DNA of 64,000 nucleotides from Octopus vulgaris (Eukaryota), in the NCBI GenBank assembly GCA_951406725.2, contig OX597817.1, forward strand, positions 87,296,001 to 87,360,000, written 5' to 3'. The translations under genes were made by a program, and so were the position numbers. Positions 39,902-54,039 of the stretch are shown piece after piece (the stretch's first letter is position 1; the number at the start of each line of letters is the position of its first letter). The notes below the pieces were generated by a model. That model was not told where the DNA came from. It ran no database searches and was given only the letters and a program-made list of their open reading frames with translations.

Positions 39902-42732
39902 TGATAGATAGATTGATAGATAGATACACTTACACTCACACATGCACACGCTTTAGGTCGAACTTGAGCGGAGAAAAAGAGAAAGAAAGAAAAATAAAGA
40001 ATTAAAGAAAAGATAGAATTAGTTGGGCTCTTGTAAATCGCTGTTCTTCCTACTGACATGCAGACGCAAACGAAACGAGCACATACAGACACACATACAC
40101 ATGCTCTCACACGCACACACAGACATATATGCACATGCTCTGACATGCACACACAGATACACACATGCTCTCACACGCACACTCCCTCACTCGCACCACC
40201 TTCCAAGTTGTTAGCTATCCACCCTTCAACTGCCGGCCGGTGCAAATTGTAATACAACAAACCTTTGAAAAAAATCTAAAACTTATATTGTTTTGGCTTA
40301 ACTGTATGAATGGCAGTCCTTTCGGGAGTTGTGCATCACTTGATGACAACATCAGACCGAGTGCATTATGACTCTGTACCACAGCCGAAATGTTTTATTT
40401 TACGATACGATACACACCACTAACTGTATATTGCATTCTATGTTGAGTTGTTGTCACTGACATTTGAATGTGATTCTGCATTTGATACGGATACTTCCTA
40501 ATCCTTAAAACTGTTTCCTTTGTATTCTTATTATTGTTTTGTAATGTGCTTCCTGCTCTCTTCTCTCCCTATGCGAGCAAAAGTATAAAAGGTAAAAGAT
40601 TAGCATCTTGGTTGTCTGTATATGTATGAGAGTGGAATAACAGTGATTTACAAGCCTCCTCCCTAGCTTCTTTTCACTCTCTATTCTCCCTACTCTCTTA
40701 TTCCTTTCTAGGTTAATGTAAGGCATGTGTGAATGCGTTGTTTGGCATTCTTGTACATCATTGACAAGAGTTAACAATTATTTAGCATACCATTTGAATT
40801 GATGGCATTTCCCGTTTGAATTCATTTCACGATTGAATATACTTCACGAATTCAACTGTAGCTCTACTGGAATTTATTACCACTACTTAGCATCGATTCC
40901 TCATTGGCTGAAATGATTAACTGAAAATTAAACACATTATTTTCATTGATTTACTTCAGTGACAGAAACATTTGAAAGTTTTCTTATTGTAATTTCACAA
41001 TCGGCAATGATCTATTAGGACAAATAATGAAACTCACTTTGATGGTCTCAGACATTGTACCTATGACTTGTCACGCATTCATCAACTGGCTACATATTAC
41101 TTCAAAAAGTGTTCATTATTCCACAAAATGAAAATATGCGTCATTGCAATTCAGACAACTCTATGACTCATCAAATTATTGACAAAATGTTATTTCAAAT
41201 ATATATGAGGTGAGTGAGACAAAATATAAATGATCAGTAACAGTAGCATCTTGAATTTCTATTCGCTGAACAAGATGTATCATTTCCCTTCATGACGTCG
41301 TCATAGCTTCACGACCGAAAGATCGTTAGAGAATGTAATGTTGTTGGTTTCGGCAGAAAACTGTTCGATCTAGTAAAATGACCCAACAACTTGGTTTTAC
41401 TTCTTAGTTGTAGCATATTATTTCATTTTTGCCATTAATACTACTGACAATGGCCTCTAAATCTCACCTTGGTATTTATTTTGAAGACTGGTGCCGATGT
41501 AAAAAAAGAACTTTGAGAAATTTTCTCAATGTTATGGGCGACATAGAATAACAGTATTTCTCAAATCAATAATTCGATTTCCATCAAGCTTAATTATATC
41601 ATTTCACATGTAGGTTCTGAGTTGAGTTACGTGGTGTCAAAATTATTTTCTTTGCATTGGGATTCAATGAAATCATAATATTAGCTGTTTAAGCGGGTAT
41701 AAAAAAAACTATTTCTTTGAATGTGTGGAAGTTGTCGGGACCTAAGGCAGCAAGATTTTATGTGCAACAATACAGTATGGGATTACAAAATAGTAGGTTT
41801 TCCAATTGAAATATCACTGGGGTCCATTTACACCTTTCTACACTTACTGATCTTAAACGATCAGTAAATATACTGGCATCAATGAAATTGGCTGTTACTT
41901 ATACAATACTGTTTATGAAACAATTCATTATTGCGACGAAGTCTGGATGTTTAAGTGGACGATTGATTGAAGTGGGTGTGAAACAGATAGTTATAATTTG
42001 TGTATTGATTCAGAAGTTTAGAACTGTCTAGTGGTGAAGAAGGAGTTTTAATCAACAGAAAGTATCTTAATATAGGAATATTGGAAAACTTATTCAAAAT
42101 CAGAAACACAATGCTCCAAAATGTAGGCATTCATTGCCATTGCTTAAAGGTTAAATTGCTAAAAAGAATCTCTCATGGAAATATCCAAACGTGTTGTTTC
42201 AATTTACAAGAATATATTCTTTTAATGAGGAGTGAGATTTAAATGGATTTATTTTCGCTTAAGTGACAATAATTGATTATGAAATGGGAGGAGGGAAAAT
42301 ATAAAAAGGATAACTTTTTTTAAAAATCAGAAAATATGTCTGAAAAGGTAGGAGAATGACAAGTATACAGACTGACGAAAGTGAAAGATATAAAGACAGA
42401 CAAAAAAGGAAGACAGAGAAACAGGCGCACAAAAACGAAACCAGATTATCTATATGTTGTGTATTTCTTTTCGCCGTAAACATAGCTTCTATTTAATTTA
42501 TTCTGCGTTCATGGATAGTTTAAAATACAGAAGTATAATTTTATAGAAAGATAAATTGAAAGATAAATAGATAGATAGATAGATAGATAGGTAGAGAGTG
42601 AGAGAGAGATAAACATGTATATATGTGTGTGTACATATGTGTGTATATGGTTATATATATATATGTGTGTGTGTATAAATGATTGTACGCACACGCACAT
42701 CTTTACATATTACGCTTTTACTAATTTACTTA

Positions 42733-42985
42733 CTTCAATCATTGGACTGCGGCCATGCTGGAGTACAGCAAAGAAGGGATTAGTCGAGCAAATCGGCATT
42801 AGCACTTATTTTAAGCCCGTTACATGTTTCTTATGGACCGCTAAGTTACAGGGACATAAACAAACCAGTACGGGTTGTCAAGTGGTGAGAAAGAAATACA
42901 AACACAAAGATGCACGCATAAATGCTCGCGGTGCCGCGCAGTTGCTGGGAACTTCTTAGTTATTTAGCAATAAACTTCTTAACCA
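42733..42985 (-). mobile_element. CORE-type SINE, partly deleted
   Basis: cattggactgcggccatgctggag...ccgctaagttacaggg...cttcttaaccaca. Confidence 0.75.
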
Positions 42986-43947
42986 CATAGTAATGATGCG
43001 CCTACATAGACGCATCATTGCTATGTCGTTAAGTATGAGTGTGTATCTATGTGTGTACGTGTGTATGTGTGTGTGTGTGTGTTTAGTGTATGTATACCTG
43101 AGTGTGCTCCGTCCTTTCACCAGCTGTTGTATCCCTTCCATATTGCACTTCAACAATTTGCAGATATGATTGAACGCCCCGCGTCTTCTTCCAAGTAAGT
43201 TTTATTTCAATAATTATGACGCGCACTCGTAACTCTTTACTTGACCTTTCCTCCCTGGTTGTCTGTCTTCCTCTCTACCTGTCTCTCTCCTTCTCTTATT
43301 TTTCATCCTTTCTGGTTTCTTCTCCTCTCCCGTTCACCGTTCCCTCTCTCTCTCACTCCTCCACCTCCCTCTCGTCGCTGACCAGAGGGCTACTAACTTT
43401 CTTTCTGACTAGTGCCTTCAACAAGTCAACAACGGCTTCTCCTGTCCTCGTAAGCCGTTCTTCAGAATGCGTTCAAATGAATTTTTCCACTGTCTAGGCT
43501 TAAAAAAGCCCTTATTGTTGGTTTCTCTTTGTCCTGTCTTTTACTGTTTTTATCTTTATTTGTACTTTTTTTCTTTATTTGTATTGCTTTTACTGTCCTG
43601 TTCTTGTCACTTTTTTGCCCCTCCGCAAAAAAAATTAATTTAATTCGCTTTACGGGAAGGGTTGTTTCAACGTAGTCGTGTTCTGCAATTTACCTTCGAA
43701 ACATGCATTGAGTCGAAACAGGGGCAGCTGAAGAAGGGGAATGTTTCTTGTGTTGTATGTCTTGTACTCTGTTTTTTCGTTGTTAAAAAGTCTGTTTCCT
43801 TGTTTTGTTTTTATGCTTTCGTTTCTCGTTGTGTTCTACGTTTTTTTTGTGGTGTCCTGTACCCATATATGCATGTATATATTCATATAGATATAGGTAT
43901 GTACGTATATGTATGTATGCATGCATATGTTTTATTTATTAAATTGT

Positions 43948-43984
<37 letters not shown>

Positions 43985-43994
43985 TATATACATA

Positions 43995-44148
43995 CGACGG
44001 CTTCTTTCAGTTTCCGTCTACCAAATCCCCTCACAAGGCTTTGGTCGGCCCGAGGCTATAGTAGAAGACACTTGCCCAAGGTGCCACGTAGTGGGGCTGA
44101 ACCCTGGACCATGTGGATGGTAAGTAATCTACTTACCACACAGCCACT
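43995..44148 (-). mobile_element. CORE-type SINE 5' half (tRNA head plus CORE-like segment)
   Basis: Minus strand: gagtggctgtgtggtaag...ggttcagccccactacgtggcaccttgggcaagtgtcttctactatagcctcggg. Confidence 0.85.
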
Positions 44149-44204
44149 CTTGTTTCATTACATGTAGAAATGAATGTATGTTTTTTTCTATTTTTCATTT
44201 ACAG

Positions 44205-44409
44205 ATCATTTTGACTGGCCACGTGGATTGTGAAGATAAGCTACTTGTTTTCTTCATCTTCATGCTATAAATCTTAAGACCTTGCAGATTTTTATTGCAC
44301 CACATATCGTGATCATATGTAGTGCTTGAAAAAAGATGAGCTCCCTACTCAAGAGCCCAAACTCAGCCATACTTTGCTTTCGGTTCGTTAGTACGTATCC
44401 TCTATCAAG
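44205..44409 (+). other. Candidate spliced exon of an unidentified host transcript
   Basis: Acceptor tttttttctatttttcatttacag| and donor AAG|gtatgt; non-repetitive interior; aaaagATG at 44336 is open to the donor (MSSLLKSPNSAILCFRFVSTYPLS). Confidence 0.4.
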
Positions 44410-44636
44410 GTATGTATATATGTATGAATGAATGAATGTAATTATGTATGTAGGTAAGTATGTATGTATGTGTGTCTTCTACTTTTTAATTATTATAAAT
44501 CTTCAACTGAGGAGGGGAGCCAGATTCCAACAAAGATACAAGGCATCATCTTTGGGATGTGGTTAATACAGACAAATTCACATTTGGAGCTTGAGAAAAA
44601 TCTTGCATATTTTTACTGTTCCACTCACAGATTGTA

Positions 44637-45906
44637 CGAGGGGCGTTCAATAAGTAATACCCCTGACCCACTTGCAGTTGTTTGATCTAGCTGAAATTTT
44701 GCATGTGCACATATTTATACATCTATAGATTAAGTGGCGAATTACAGCTCTGAACAAATTGTGGTTTCTGATTTACAGGTGTTTGAACTGAGTCAAGTGT
44801 GAAATGGAGCCTGTTGAGTGTCGAGCAGTGATCTGGTTTTTGTATTTGAAAGGACGCACACCACGGGACACTTTTGATGAAATGAAAGTAACTTATGGTG
44901 ATGATGCCCCATCATATGACCTTGTAAAACGCTGGCATTGTGAATTCAAACATAGTCGGAACTCTGTGGAAACAGCTCCCAGATCTGGTCGCCCCCTTCT
45001 GCCGTTGATGAGACGTCTGTCCGTCAAGTTGAGGCTGCCATTTTGGAAGGTCAACGCATAACTATTCGCCAAATAGCCCATAAGGTCAAGATTAGTACCG
45101 GGTCTGTGGAAGCTATCATTCATGACCATTTGCATATGCAAAAGGTGTCTGCCAGATGGATTTCCAGGTTGCTCACACCTTTCCAGAAGCAAGAACGCGT
45201 TGAGTGCTCGAGGATGAATTTGGAGATGTGCCAAGAAGATGAGTCAAAATTTTTCAAAAGACTGATCACACAGGATAAAACCTGGGTCCATCACTATGAT
45301 CCATAGACCAAAGCCCAGTCAATGCAGTGAAAGCACCGTGACTCACCTCCTCCAAAGAAGGCAAGGGTGCAGCCCTCCGCTGACAAGGTTATGCTCACAG
45401 TCTTCTGGGACCAGGACGGAGTAGTGATGACAGATTTCCTGGCAAAGGGTACCACAATTACAGGAGCCTATTATGCCTCACTTTTGAGGAAATTAAGAGA
45501 AGCTATCAAAATCAAGAGGCGGGGCAAGATCAGCAAAGGCATCCTCCTCCTGCAGGACAACGCTCCGGTCCACAACTCGCGTGTCGCCAGATCAGAAGCA
45601 CAGGCGTGCAGCTATGAACTCCTCCCCTTGCACCCTCTGATTTTAACCTATTCCCAGCCATGAAGTTGATTTTGAAAAGAAAGCGTTTCCTAGATGATGC
45701 AGCCTTGATTTCTGAAGTCACGTCGTGGTTGGAGGACCAAGCTGGGGTCTTCTACAAAAACGGTCTCCAGAGCTGTATCAAACAATGGGAGAAATGCATA
45801 ACTCTGAGTAGTTCCTATGTAGGAAAAGACTAATAACTGTGCCAAGTGTCGTTGCTCTACTGCTATGGGAAGTGGGTCAGGGGCATTACTTATTGAACGC
45901 CCCTCG
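44637..45906 (+). mobile_element. Full-length (1270 bp) defective mariner, irritans-subfamily-like
   Basis: 37-bp TIRs at 44637-44673 and 45870-45906 with 1 mismatch (cgaggggcgttcaataagtaat..); TA TSDs at 44635-44636 and 45907-45908; subfamily from recall of CGAGGGG-type termini. Confidence 0.95.
44804..45833 (+). pseudogene. Mariner DD34D transposase pseudogene
   Basis: HTH N-terminus, PRSGRP, ARWISRLL, ITQDKTWVHHYDP, KVMLTVFWD, LLQDNA; frameshifts, stops and a deleted YSPD motif. Confidence 0.92.
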
Positions 45907-47279
45907 TACTTGTAATGTAAGAATTAGCCGGTTGATTTCTCTTTCTGAAAATCCTAATTTATCCAGATTCTTCTTTAAGCATTTACGAACAAATCCTCGT
46001 GCTCAAATTATTATTGGTATGAATATAAATTCATAGTCTGGATTTACAAGCTGGAGGTTTCGAAGTAGTTGTTCATAGATGTTCTCTTTTTCTTTAATTT
46101 TCAAAGAGATATATCTTTAAGGCAGCTGACATCTATGATGGTACATACTTTGCCTCTCTGTCCCATACAACAATATCCGGTCTGTTGTGTTTACATTTGA
46201 CAGAAGTTTTGATGGGAAAATTCCACCAGTATTTCTTGAATTGGGATTTATGAATGTATTCCATAACAGCGAGATTTTCTAAGTTTATTTCAGAACAATC
46301 TTTTTTGCGGATGGCATTGTAAATTGTTTTAGCAACAACATCATGCCACATAGGGAGGTAGTACCGTGAGGACATTTTAGGACAGCTGCTAATCACATGC
46401 TTGATGTCTTCCACAGAAACACGACATAGTCTACACATGCGGTTGCACCTTGGGATTACAAGAGCATCACTGTCTCTCTTGTTCACCTGGTACTTTGTGG
46501 CAATCTCCTGTCCCTGTGTTGCAAACGCATAGTCCTCAAAGTGTCCAAGAGAGGCTGCGTTTCATGTCAATTCTACTGTCTTCTTCAAGCTTCCTGGCAA
46601 CATACCCATGCATAGTCTGTTTTTTTTTTGTATGCTGAGTGCTTTCACTCCAGGTCTTCTCTGAAGTAAGAGAGCCCAGCTGTTTTGGAGCTGTATAGAA
46701 GATCATCAGGTGAAGGGTGCTTCTTGAGGAGCTCACTGCCAACTCGTACAATGTTGTTCACTTCACTTTTCAGCACTTATATTTATATATTTATTTTTAC
46801 TGCTGTTGTTTAGCAGGTGTTACCTGAGTGACACCATTCGGCATTCGATGGCCGTCTGCACTGATCGCAGGCCTCTACCACCTTTATTTCTTCTTACGTA
46901 GAGCCTGTCAACATTACTGTTTCTGTGGAAGTACCCAGGTGTTGTCAGGATTTTTCAGGTTTTGATATCTATGTAGTGGATTTCCTCTACAGATCAATCA
47001 AGTATCCCAAATGTTGGGATCAGCATTGATATTACAAATGCATTGTGGGTATTGTTTTGTTGTAAGAGAAGAATTCTGACTGCCATATTTTCCTAAGTCT
47101 AGTGTAATATTTTCGAGTCACAGTGCTTTCATATGATACATTTTTGTCTATGCCTAGGTACTTGTAACATTCTTTGCGTGGAATGGGGGTGATAGAGAGA
47201 CCGTTGATTCACATGTATGTATGTATGTATGTATGTATGTATGTATGTATGTATGTATGTATGTATGTATGTATGTATG

Positions 47280-47539
47280 TATCATTTATTCCGCAGTCTT
47301 CAAAATCATTTGGATAGAAAAAATATAAAAACTGTAGACGAGATCAGAACAGTACTGGAGGAGTACTTTTCATCACTGACAAGCGAATTTTGGAAAAGAT
47401 ACCTTGTAAGTTTACCAGATTGATAGTAGAGCATTGTAGACAAGGAAGGAAAGAATATTTTAGATTAAAAAAGAACTTTATCTCAATTTTGAAAAGATAT
47501 AAGAAGTGTAAAAAACACATTATTTATGGAATGACCCAA
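47280..47539 (+). mobile_element. Second mariner family, 3' fragment with right TIR
   Basis: YHLFRSLQNHLD...EEYFSS...FWKR; ends ttatggaatgacccaa|ta; preceded by (TATG)n at 47213-47280. Confidence 0.85.
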
Positions 47540-47759
47540 TATGTATGCGTGCGTATGCAAACACACACACACACACACACAATTTTTATATCAGTTGAAT
47601 AAAGTTAAAACATAGTCTGGTTTTCATGTTTTTTATTATGGTATTTAAAAAAAAATATGATTTTTTTTTACAATGTTGAAGCGTGTTAAACATTATTAAA
47701 GGAAAACTACAGCTGTCATTGAATATGACTGAGGATGTTAGACACAGCTACATTGCCAG

Positions 47760-47839
47760 AAATAAATAGATTTATAGTCTAGGTCCGCTCTTGATTACTG
47801 ACCCTCATTTGTTCGTTTCTACTAAACCAAGCATACACA

Positions 47840-47929
<90 letters not shown>

Positions 47930-47974
47930 CATTTGTGTTTGTATGTGTATGTGTGCGCACGCATGTATGTATAC

Positions 47975-48042
<68 letters not shown>

Positions 48043-48943
48043 TGCCAGATTAATTCTGATGTAAGCAAGCGTACACGTATGTTTGCAAACCTTCTTATGT
48101 AAGTATGTATGAATGTATATATGTACGCATATGTGTATGCATGTATGTATAAGCATACAAAAGTGTGTGTGTGTTTCTCTTTTATTTTATTTTTTTTATT
48201 TGTTTCAGTCTTTCGACAGCGGCCATACTGGGGCACTGTCTTCAAGAACTTTTAATAAATAAATAAATACACCCTTTTAAAGCGTAGCCAGAATCATGTG
48301 CCCGGTTTCCTGGTTTCTATGGTGGATGTGTTCCCCAGCTGGACGGTACGCCAGTCCATCGCAGCGTTACTCATTTTTGGCAGCTGAGTGGACTGGAGCA
48401 ACGTGAAATGAAATGTTTTGCTCAAGAACACAATGCGTCGCCCGGTCCAGGAATCGAAATCACAATTTTACGATCATGATGCTGACACCCTAACCACTAA
48501 GCCACGCGCCTCCACTCAAGAACTTTTAGTAAAATGAAAAGTTCTTTAAGACGGTGCTCCATCATGGCTGCAGACTGAAAGAAAGAATGATAAAAGATGT
48601 GTATGTTTGTATATAATCTCAGATGTAAAAATAATCTTATGCAGACGTAGAAACAAAGAAAGATGTAAAATAATAAATAGAAGTAGTGTATAAAGCCACA
48701 ATAAAGAGAGCAATAATATGTTCCTAACCCATCATTATAGTTTTTAATATATTCATATGAACAATCGACATATCGATGTATTCAAATTTCAAACGAGAAA
48801 CATCTAGGACATGAGAGAATAGTCAAGATAGAAGAGACATTCATACACGATCACATGTCAGGAAGGTGATGGCGGGGATAAAAGCGGTCGCACACGTTTG
48901 CAAACATACGTGTACGCTTGCTTACATCAGAATTAATCTGGCA

Positions 48944-48983
<40 letters not shown>

Positions 48984-49040
48984 ATATCTATCTTTGTATA
49001 CATACATGCGTGCGCACGCACACACATACAAACACAAATG

Positions 49041-49104
<64 letters not shown>

Positions 49105-49206
49105 TGTGTGTGTGTATGTGTGTTTGCGTGTATGCTTCGTTTAGTAGAAACGAACAAATGAGGGGCAGTAATCAAGAGCGGACCTAGACTATAAATCTAT
49201 TTATTT
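47760..49206. repeat. Long inverted duplication (arms 47760-48090 and 48896-49206, spacer 805 bp)
   Basis: Unique segments are near-identical in reverse complement; the embedded CA/TA/GATA tracts differ in length. Confidence 0.95.
48260..48515 (-). mobile_element. Full-length tRNA-derived SINE of a third family (CORE-like plus V/Meta-like segment) with TSD
   Basis: Minus strand: ggaggcgcgtggcttagtggttaggg..ttcgattcctgg..ttgtgttcttgagcaa..gcgatggactggcgtaccgtccag..(TTTA)n; TSD tcaagaactttta(a/g)taaa at 48242-48259 and 48516-48533. Confidence 0.9.
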
Positions 49207-49439
49207 ATGATTACCCAAGGTTCCATATGAATATAAACATATTTACGGTTTCATATCAATACATAGGAATATATTGTAATCGCTCGTTTTACGGAACTCT
49301 TATTCAGATCCTTCATACGAATACTTGAATAGTTTGGTAGATATGTACTCTGATTCCGAAAAACCGCAAATATACAGGCGGGCATATATACATACATACA
49401 TGCATACATACATACGTACGAATATATATTCATACATAT

Positions 49440-49680
<241 letters not shown>

Positions 49681-49714
49681 TGTATATATTCTATATTCTT
49701 TTATTCCTTTACTT

Positions 49715-49912
49715 TTTCAGTCAATTCACTGCGGCCATGCTGGAGCACCGCCTTAAAGGGTTTTAGTCGAACAAATCTACTCACGCACTTATTTTTTTTT
49801 AGCCTAGTCCTTAATCTATCGTTCTCTATTGCTGAACCGCCAGATTACGTGGACATGAACATACCAATACCGGATGTCAAGCAGTGATGAGGGGGAAGAA
49901 TATTGATACAAA

Positions 49913-49967
<55 letters not shown>

Positions 49968-49969
49968 TC

Positions 49970-50008
<39 letters not shown>

Positions 50009-50215
50009 AATCATATTCGAGCAGTGCGGATAATACCGGACTGCTTTGGTGCTTCAACTTAGGTATCTAATTCAACTGAATTTATATATATATACATATT
50101 ACGGGCTTGTTTAAGTTTCTATTAAGCAAATGCACTCGCAAGGCTTTGGCCCGTCCGAAGCTAGAGTAGAAGACACTTGCAAGGTGCCATGCAGTGAGAC
50201 TGACCCCAAAACCAG
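49715..50215 (-). mobile_element. CORE-type SINE with expanded internal (CA)/(TA) tract
   Basis: ctgcggccatgctggagcaccgcc (tail) ... cactcgcaaggctttggcccg..gtagaagacacttgc (CORE side). Confidence 0.8.
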
Positions 50216-50531
50216 ATGATATTGGTGGCTTATTCGCAATTTTACAACCAAAAGGTCGAAATATAGACGTCACTAAAATGACTAAGGACACTAATCAGCA
50301 CCAGTATTGCTAGAAATAACAACTATATATATAGATAATCAAGGATAATATCTTTATGAGACTTTATCAAGTAGCCAGCATGTAATGATTCGTATGGATT
50401 ATAATTATATACTATAATTATATAATAATTATATAGGCAATAATTATACACATTTATCACAACTGTCCGACGAACAGGAATGTGAAACTCGAAGTAACAG
50501 TTCTGTGATAATTTTGCAGCTTTAATAAAAA

Positions 50532-50534
<3 letters not shown>

Positions 50535-50591
<57 letters not shown>

Positions 50592-50645
50592 TATATATGC
50601 ATGTATGTATGCGTGCACGTATGCATACATATACATATATGTATG

Positions 50646-50676
<31 letters not shown>

Positions 50677-50741
50677 TTGTGTATTTACAAGAGCTCATGT
50701 GTCAGTATGTCTATGTAATGTTATTTCCGATATTACATATA

Positions 50742-50800
<59 letters not shown>

Positions 50801-50880
50801 GGGAATAGATAGATTGATAGATAGATAGATAGATAGATTGATAGGATAGATTGATAGGATAGATAGATAGATAGATAGAT
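50535..50880. repeat. (TA)/(GA)/(GATA) microsatellites
   Basis: Direct inspection. Confidence 0.9.
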
Positions 50881-51114
50881 ACGCAGAAAACGTGGTTAAT
50901 TTCGAAACGTAGTGCTGCAGGGGGAATAAAATCAAAAGTTTTTGGAACGTACATAGATAAAACAGAAAATATTGAAGTTGCAAAATCGATATTCTAAACT
51001 AAACCTAAGAAGTAAACAAAATGTTTATTATTGATTAGAATAGGAAATATTGAAAAATGTCAAACTGCGATAGAGATTGAAGGAGATTAAGTAATACGGA
51101 AGTTAGAGAAGAAA

Positions 51115-51350
51115 ATTGAGAGAGGGAGAGAGAGAGAGGGGAGAGGGAGAGGGAGAAGGTGGGGTTGAATCAAGGAAGAGAGAATAAGATAAGAAGTGCA
51201 GATATAGAATTTAGGAGAGGGGTTGTGGTGAGATTCGTCGGAGGAAGAAATTTATATTGCAAATGATTCAAGATTGGATTCTGTTTATCAATAGTATAAT
51301 TAGTACAAGATGTATAGAAATGGAGGAAAGACTAAGCAAGAAGTAGGGAC

Positions 51351-51384
<34 letters not shown>

Positions 51385-51632
51385 TGTGTGAGCGAGAGAG
51401 AAAAGTGAGAGAGAGGGAGAGACAAGTGAGAGAGAGAAAAGTGAGAGTGCGAGAAAAGCGAAAGAGAGAGAGAGAGAGAAAGGTAAGAGGAGAGAAAAGT
51501 GAGTGAGAGTGGAAGAGAAAAGTGAGTGAGAGGGAGAGAAAAGGGAGAGAGAGGGGGAGATGAGAAAATAGGAATGATAACATATGAGTAGCCGTGACAA
51601 AGATAGACAAAATAGATGTGAGACAGATACAT

Positions 51633-51676
<44 letters not shown>

Positions 51677-52097
51677 ACAGAAAGACTGTATGTGTGTATG
51701 TATGTGTGCACGTACATATGTGAATGAGAGAGAGTTAGAGAAGGAATGGGGGAGGGAGGGAGAAAGAAAGAAGTCGACAGAGGCAGAAACAAAAGTGTCA
51801 GACAGAAAGACGGGCAAACAAATGGACAGAGGGAGAGAGAGAAAGAGAAAAAGAGAAAGAGTGAAAGAGAGAGAGAGAGACTGTCAGACAGACAGAGAAA
51901 GATAGGGAGGAGAAAGAGAGAAAGAGAAAGAATGAAAGAGAAAGAATGTTTATGTGAGATATATAAAGAAAGAGAACGCAGGCGATGAGCACACAACAGA
52001 GGGTGAAAAAAGAATGAAAATAAGAAACGATAAAAATGACAAAAGTTAGTGAGGTGGCAGGAAGGAGAAAGGGAGATGGAGAGAAATAACACCAAGA

Positions 52098-52168
<71 letters not shown>

Positions 52169-52200
52169 TGAAAGTAAGAGAGAGAGGAAGACAGATAGAC
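51115..52200. repeat. GA-rich polypurine low-complexity region
   Basis: Direct inspection; source of Ser/Leu and Arg/Glu pseudo-ORFs. Confidence 0.9.
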
Positions 52201-52689
52201 AGAAGTATCAAGAAGAAATCAATGTCTGAAATTAAAAGACACACATAGGTAAGTACATAGATACGAAGAGGAAAACATTTATCTACTCTAAATATGAATC
52301 TATAGATTAATTGTTGTTTAGCAAAAAAAAAACACGAGCAACTACTTTTATTATCCGTTGTAGAATTATCGATTTGCTCATCATCCCAGCAATAGTCAAT
52401 CGATCACCTAGCAACGAATAATGTTGACTGTCCAAGGACAACAAGATCACAGCCACCCGTAACAACATAGCTAGTTATCTTGATCGAATTTAAGTTATTA
52501 GGAAACGAGAAATAGTGTCCGACTTAATAAGATTAGTAGTCTAAAGGAAATATTCCAGTCTTAAAGGACAATTTTCCAATTTTGTAAATCGGAGTTTTAT
52601 TGCAATCGCTTTCTTTTTTATTATGTTTCAATATATTCTGGAATATGTTTTGGTATTCAAGTAATTTGACGTATCTATGCGTATTGGCG

Positions 52690-53045
<356 letters not shown>

Positions 53046-53499
53046 GGATGGAAAGATGGATATAGAAATATCTCTTGGGAAAAAGAATGAAAAGGCAAAA
53101 AAGCTTCTCATCCACACATGTACACACACAGATACACATTCGTAGACACTTATAGATACACACACATGCACACACACACATACACAGACGTGAACATACG
53201 TACGCTCATAGCACACACACACACTACATACATGATAACAAATATACACATATGTCTTAAGAAATATATTATTTGCTAATCACTTGAATTATGCATGTAG
53301 GATTTTTATGATAAAATAAGAGTTGTCCCACGGCGCTAATCAAGCCGTCAGACGGAACCACTCAACTGAAAGAACAGTCAGAAATTGTAGAGCGCTGAGA
53401 ACACTAAATCGACATAACCAAGTCATGGTGGTATTTTGAGAACGGCCTGTTATTAAACGAGTTAGTTGACATTAGTATTTCCCTTAACAAATCAAAGGT

Positions 53500-54010
53500 G
53501 AAGAAATGCATTGGACAATAATATATTCCAATAGAGATGTTAGAGGAAAATTGTTACATCTACAATGGTAGGATGCAAACATTGCCAGCAAGTGAGGCAA
53601 ATCTGGTTACTTCAAAAGCAGAAACTAGTATTTTTTACCATTGTTTAGAACCAATGGCCATACTCATAACACAAGTCCAAAGAATGTCAGAACTCTTTAC
53701 ATTGATCTGGTTTCTGCAGAAGCCAAAATGCAGCCTAAATGATTTTCGTTACAAAGCAGGAGAATCACAACGAACAAAATCAAGATCATTGTATTGTAAG
53801 GTCTGTAAGGTGCTCTGTACAAAATATGGAGATGAATCTCACTCAGTACTACTAGAAGAATCGAGAAAAGTGACATGACTCCAGAGTTACATGTAGTAAG
53901 TATACTACATGTATACTTACTACAGTGAACGAAACTGGACATGAAAAAATTGAGATGTTATCAAAAGATTCACAAATGAAGATGGTCATTATAGAATTCC
54001 ATGGATAACC
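53500..54010 (+). mobile_element. Possible very decayed RLE-LINE fragment
   Basis: Weak traces (KAETSIF, KC..AGES, CKVLCTKYG) in the expected order. Confidence 0.3.
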
Positions 54011-54039
54011 TCACTTTTCTTTGTTGAAAGCTTAGCTTT

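Larger units (their letters stand above)
44478..47210 (-). mobile_element. Decayed R4/Dong-like LINE 3' half, interrupted by a mariner
   Basis: NVDRLYVRRNKGGRGL, CRLCRVSVEDIKHVISSCPK, WHDVVAK, HNRPDIVVWD; the terminal RLILTLQV|QSVSGTVKICKIFLKLQM* reads through the mariner insertion site. Confidence 0.88.

Noticed and set aside
43690-43742. cgaaac...gtc...ctgaaga arrangement suggesting a permuted hammerhead
   Set aside because: Stems I and III do not pair convincingly.
48440-48515. tRNA-like sequence (also at 11642, 19970, 44080 and 62968)
   Set aside because: These are SINE heads continuing into SINE bodies; no complete cloverleaf.
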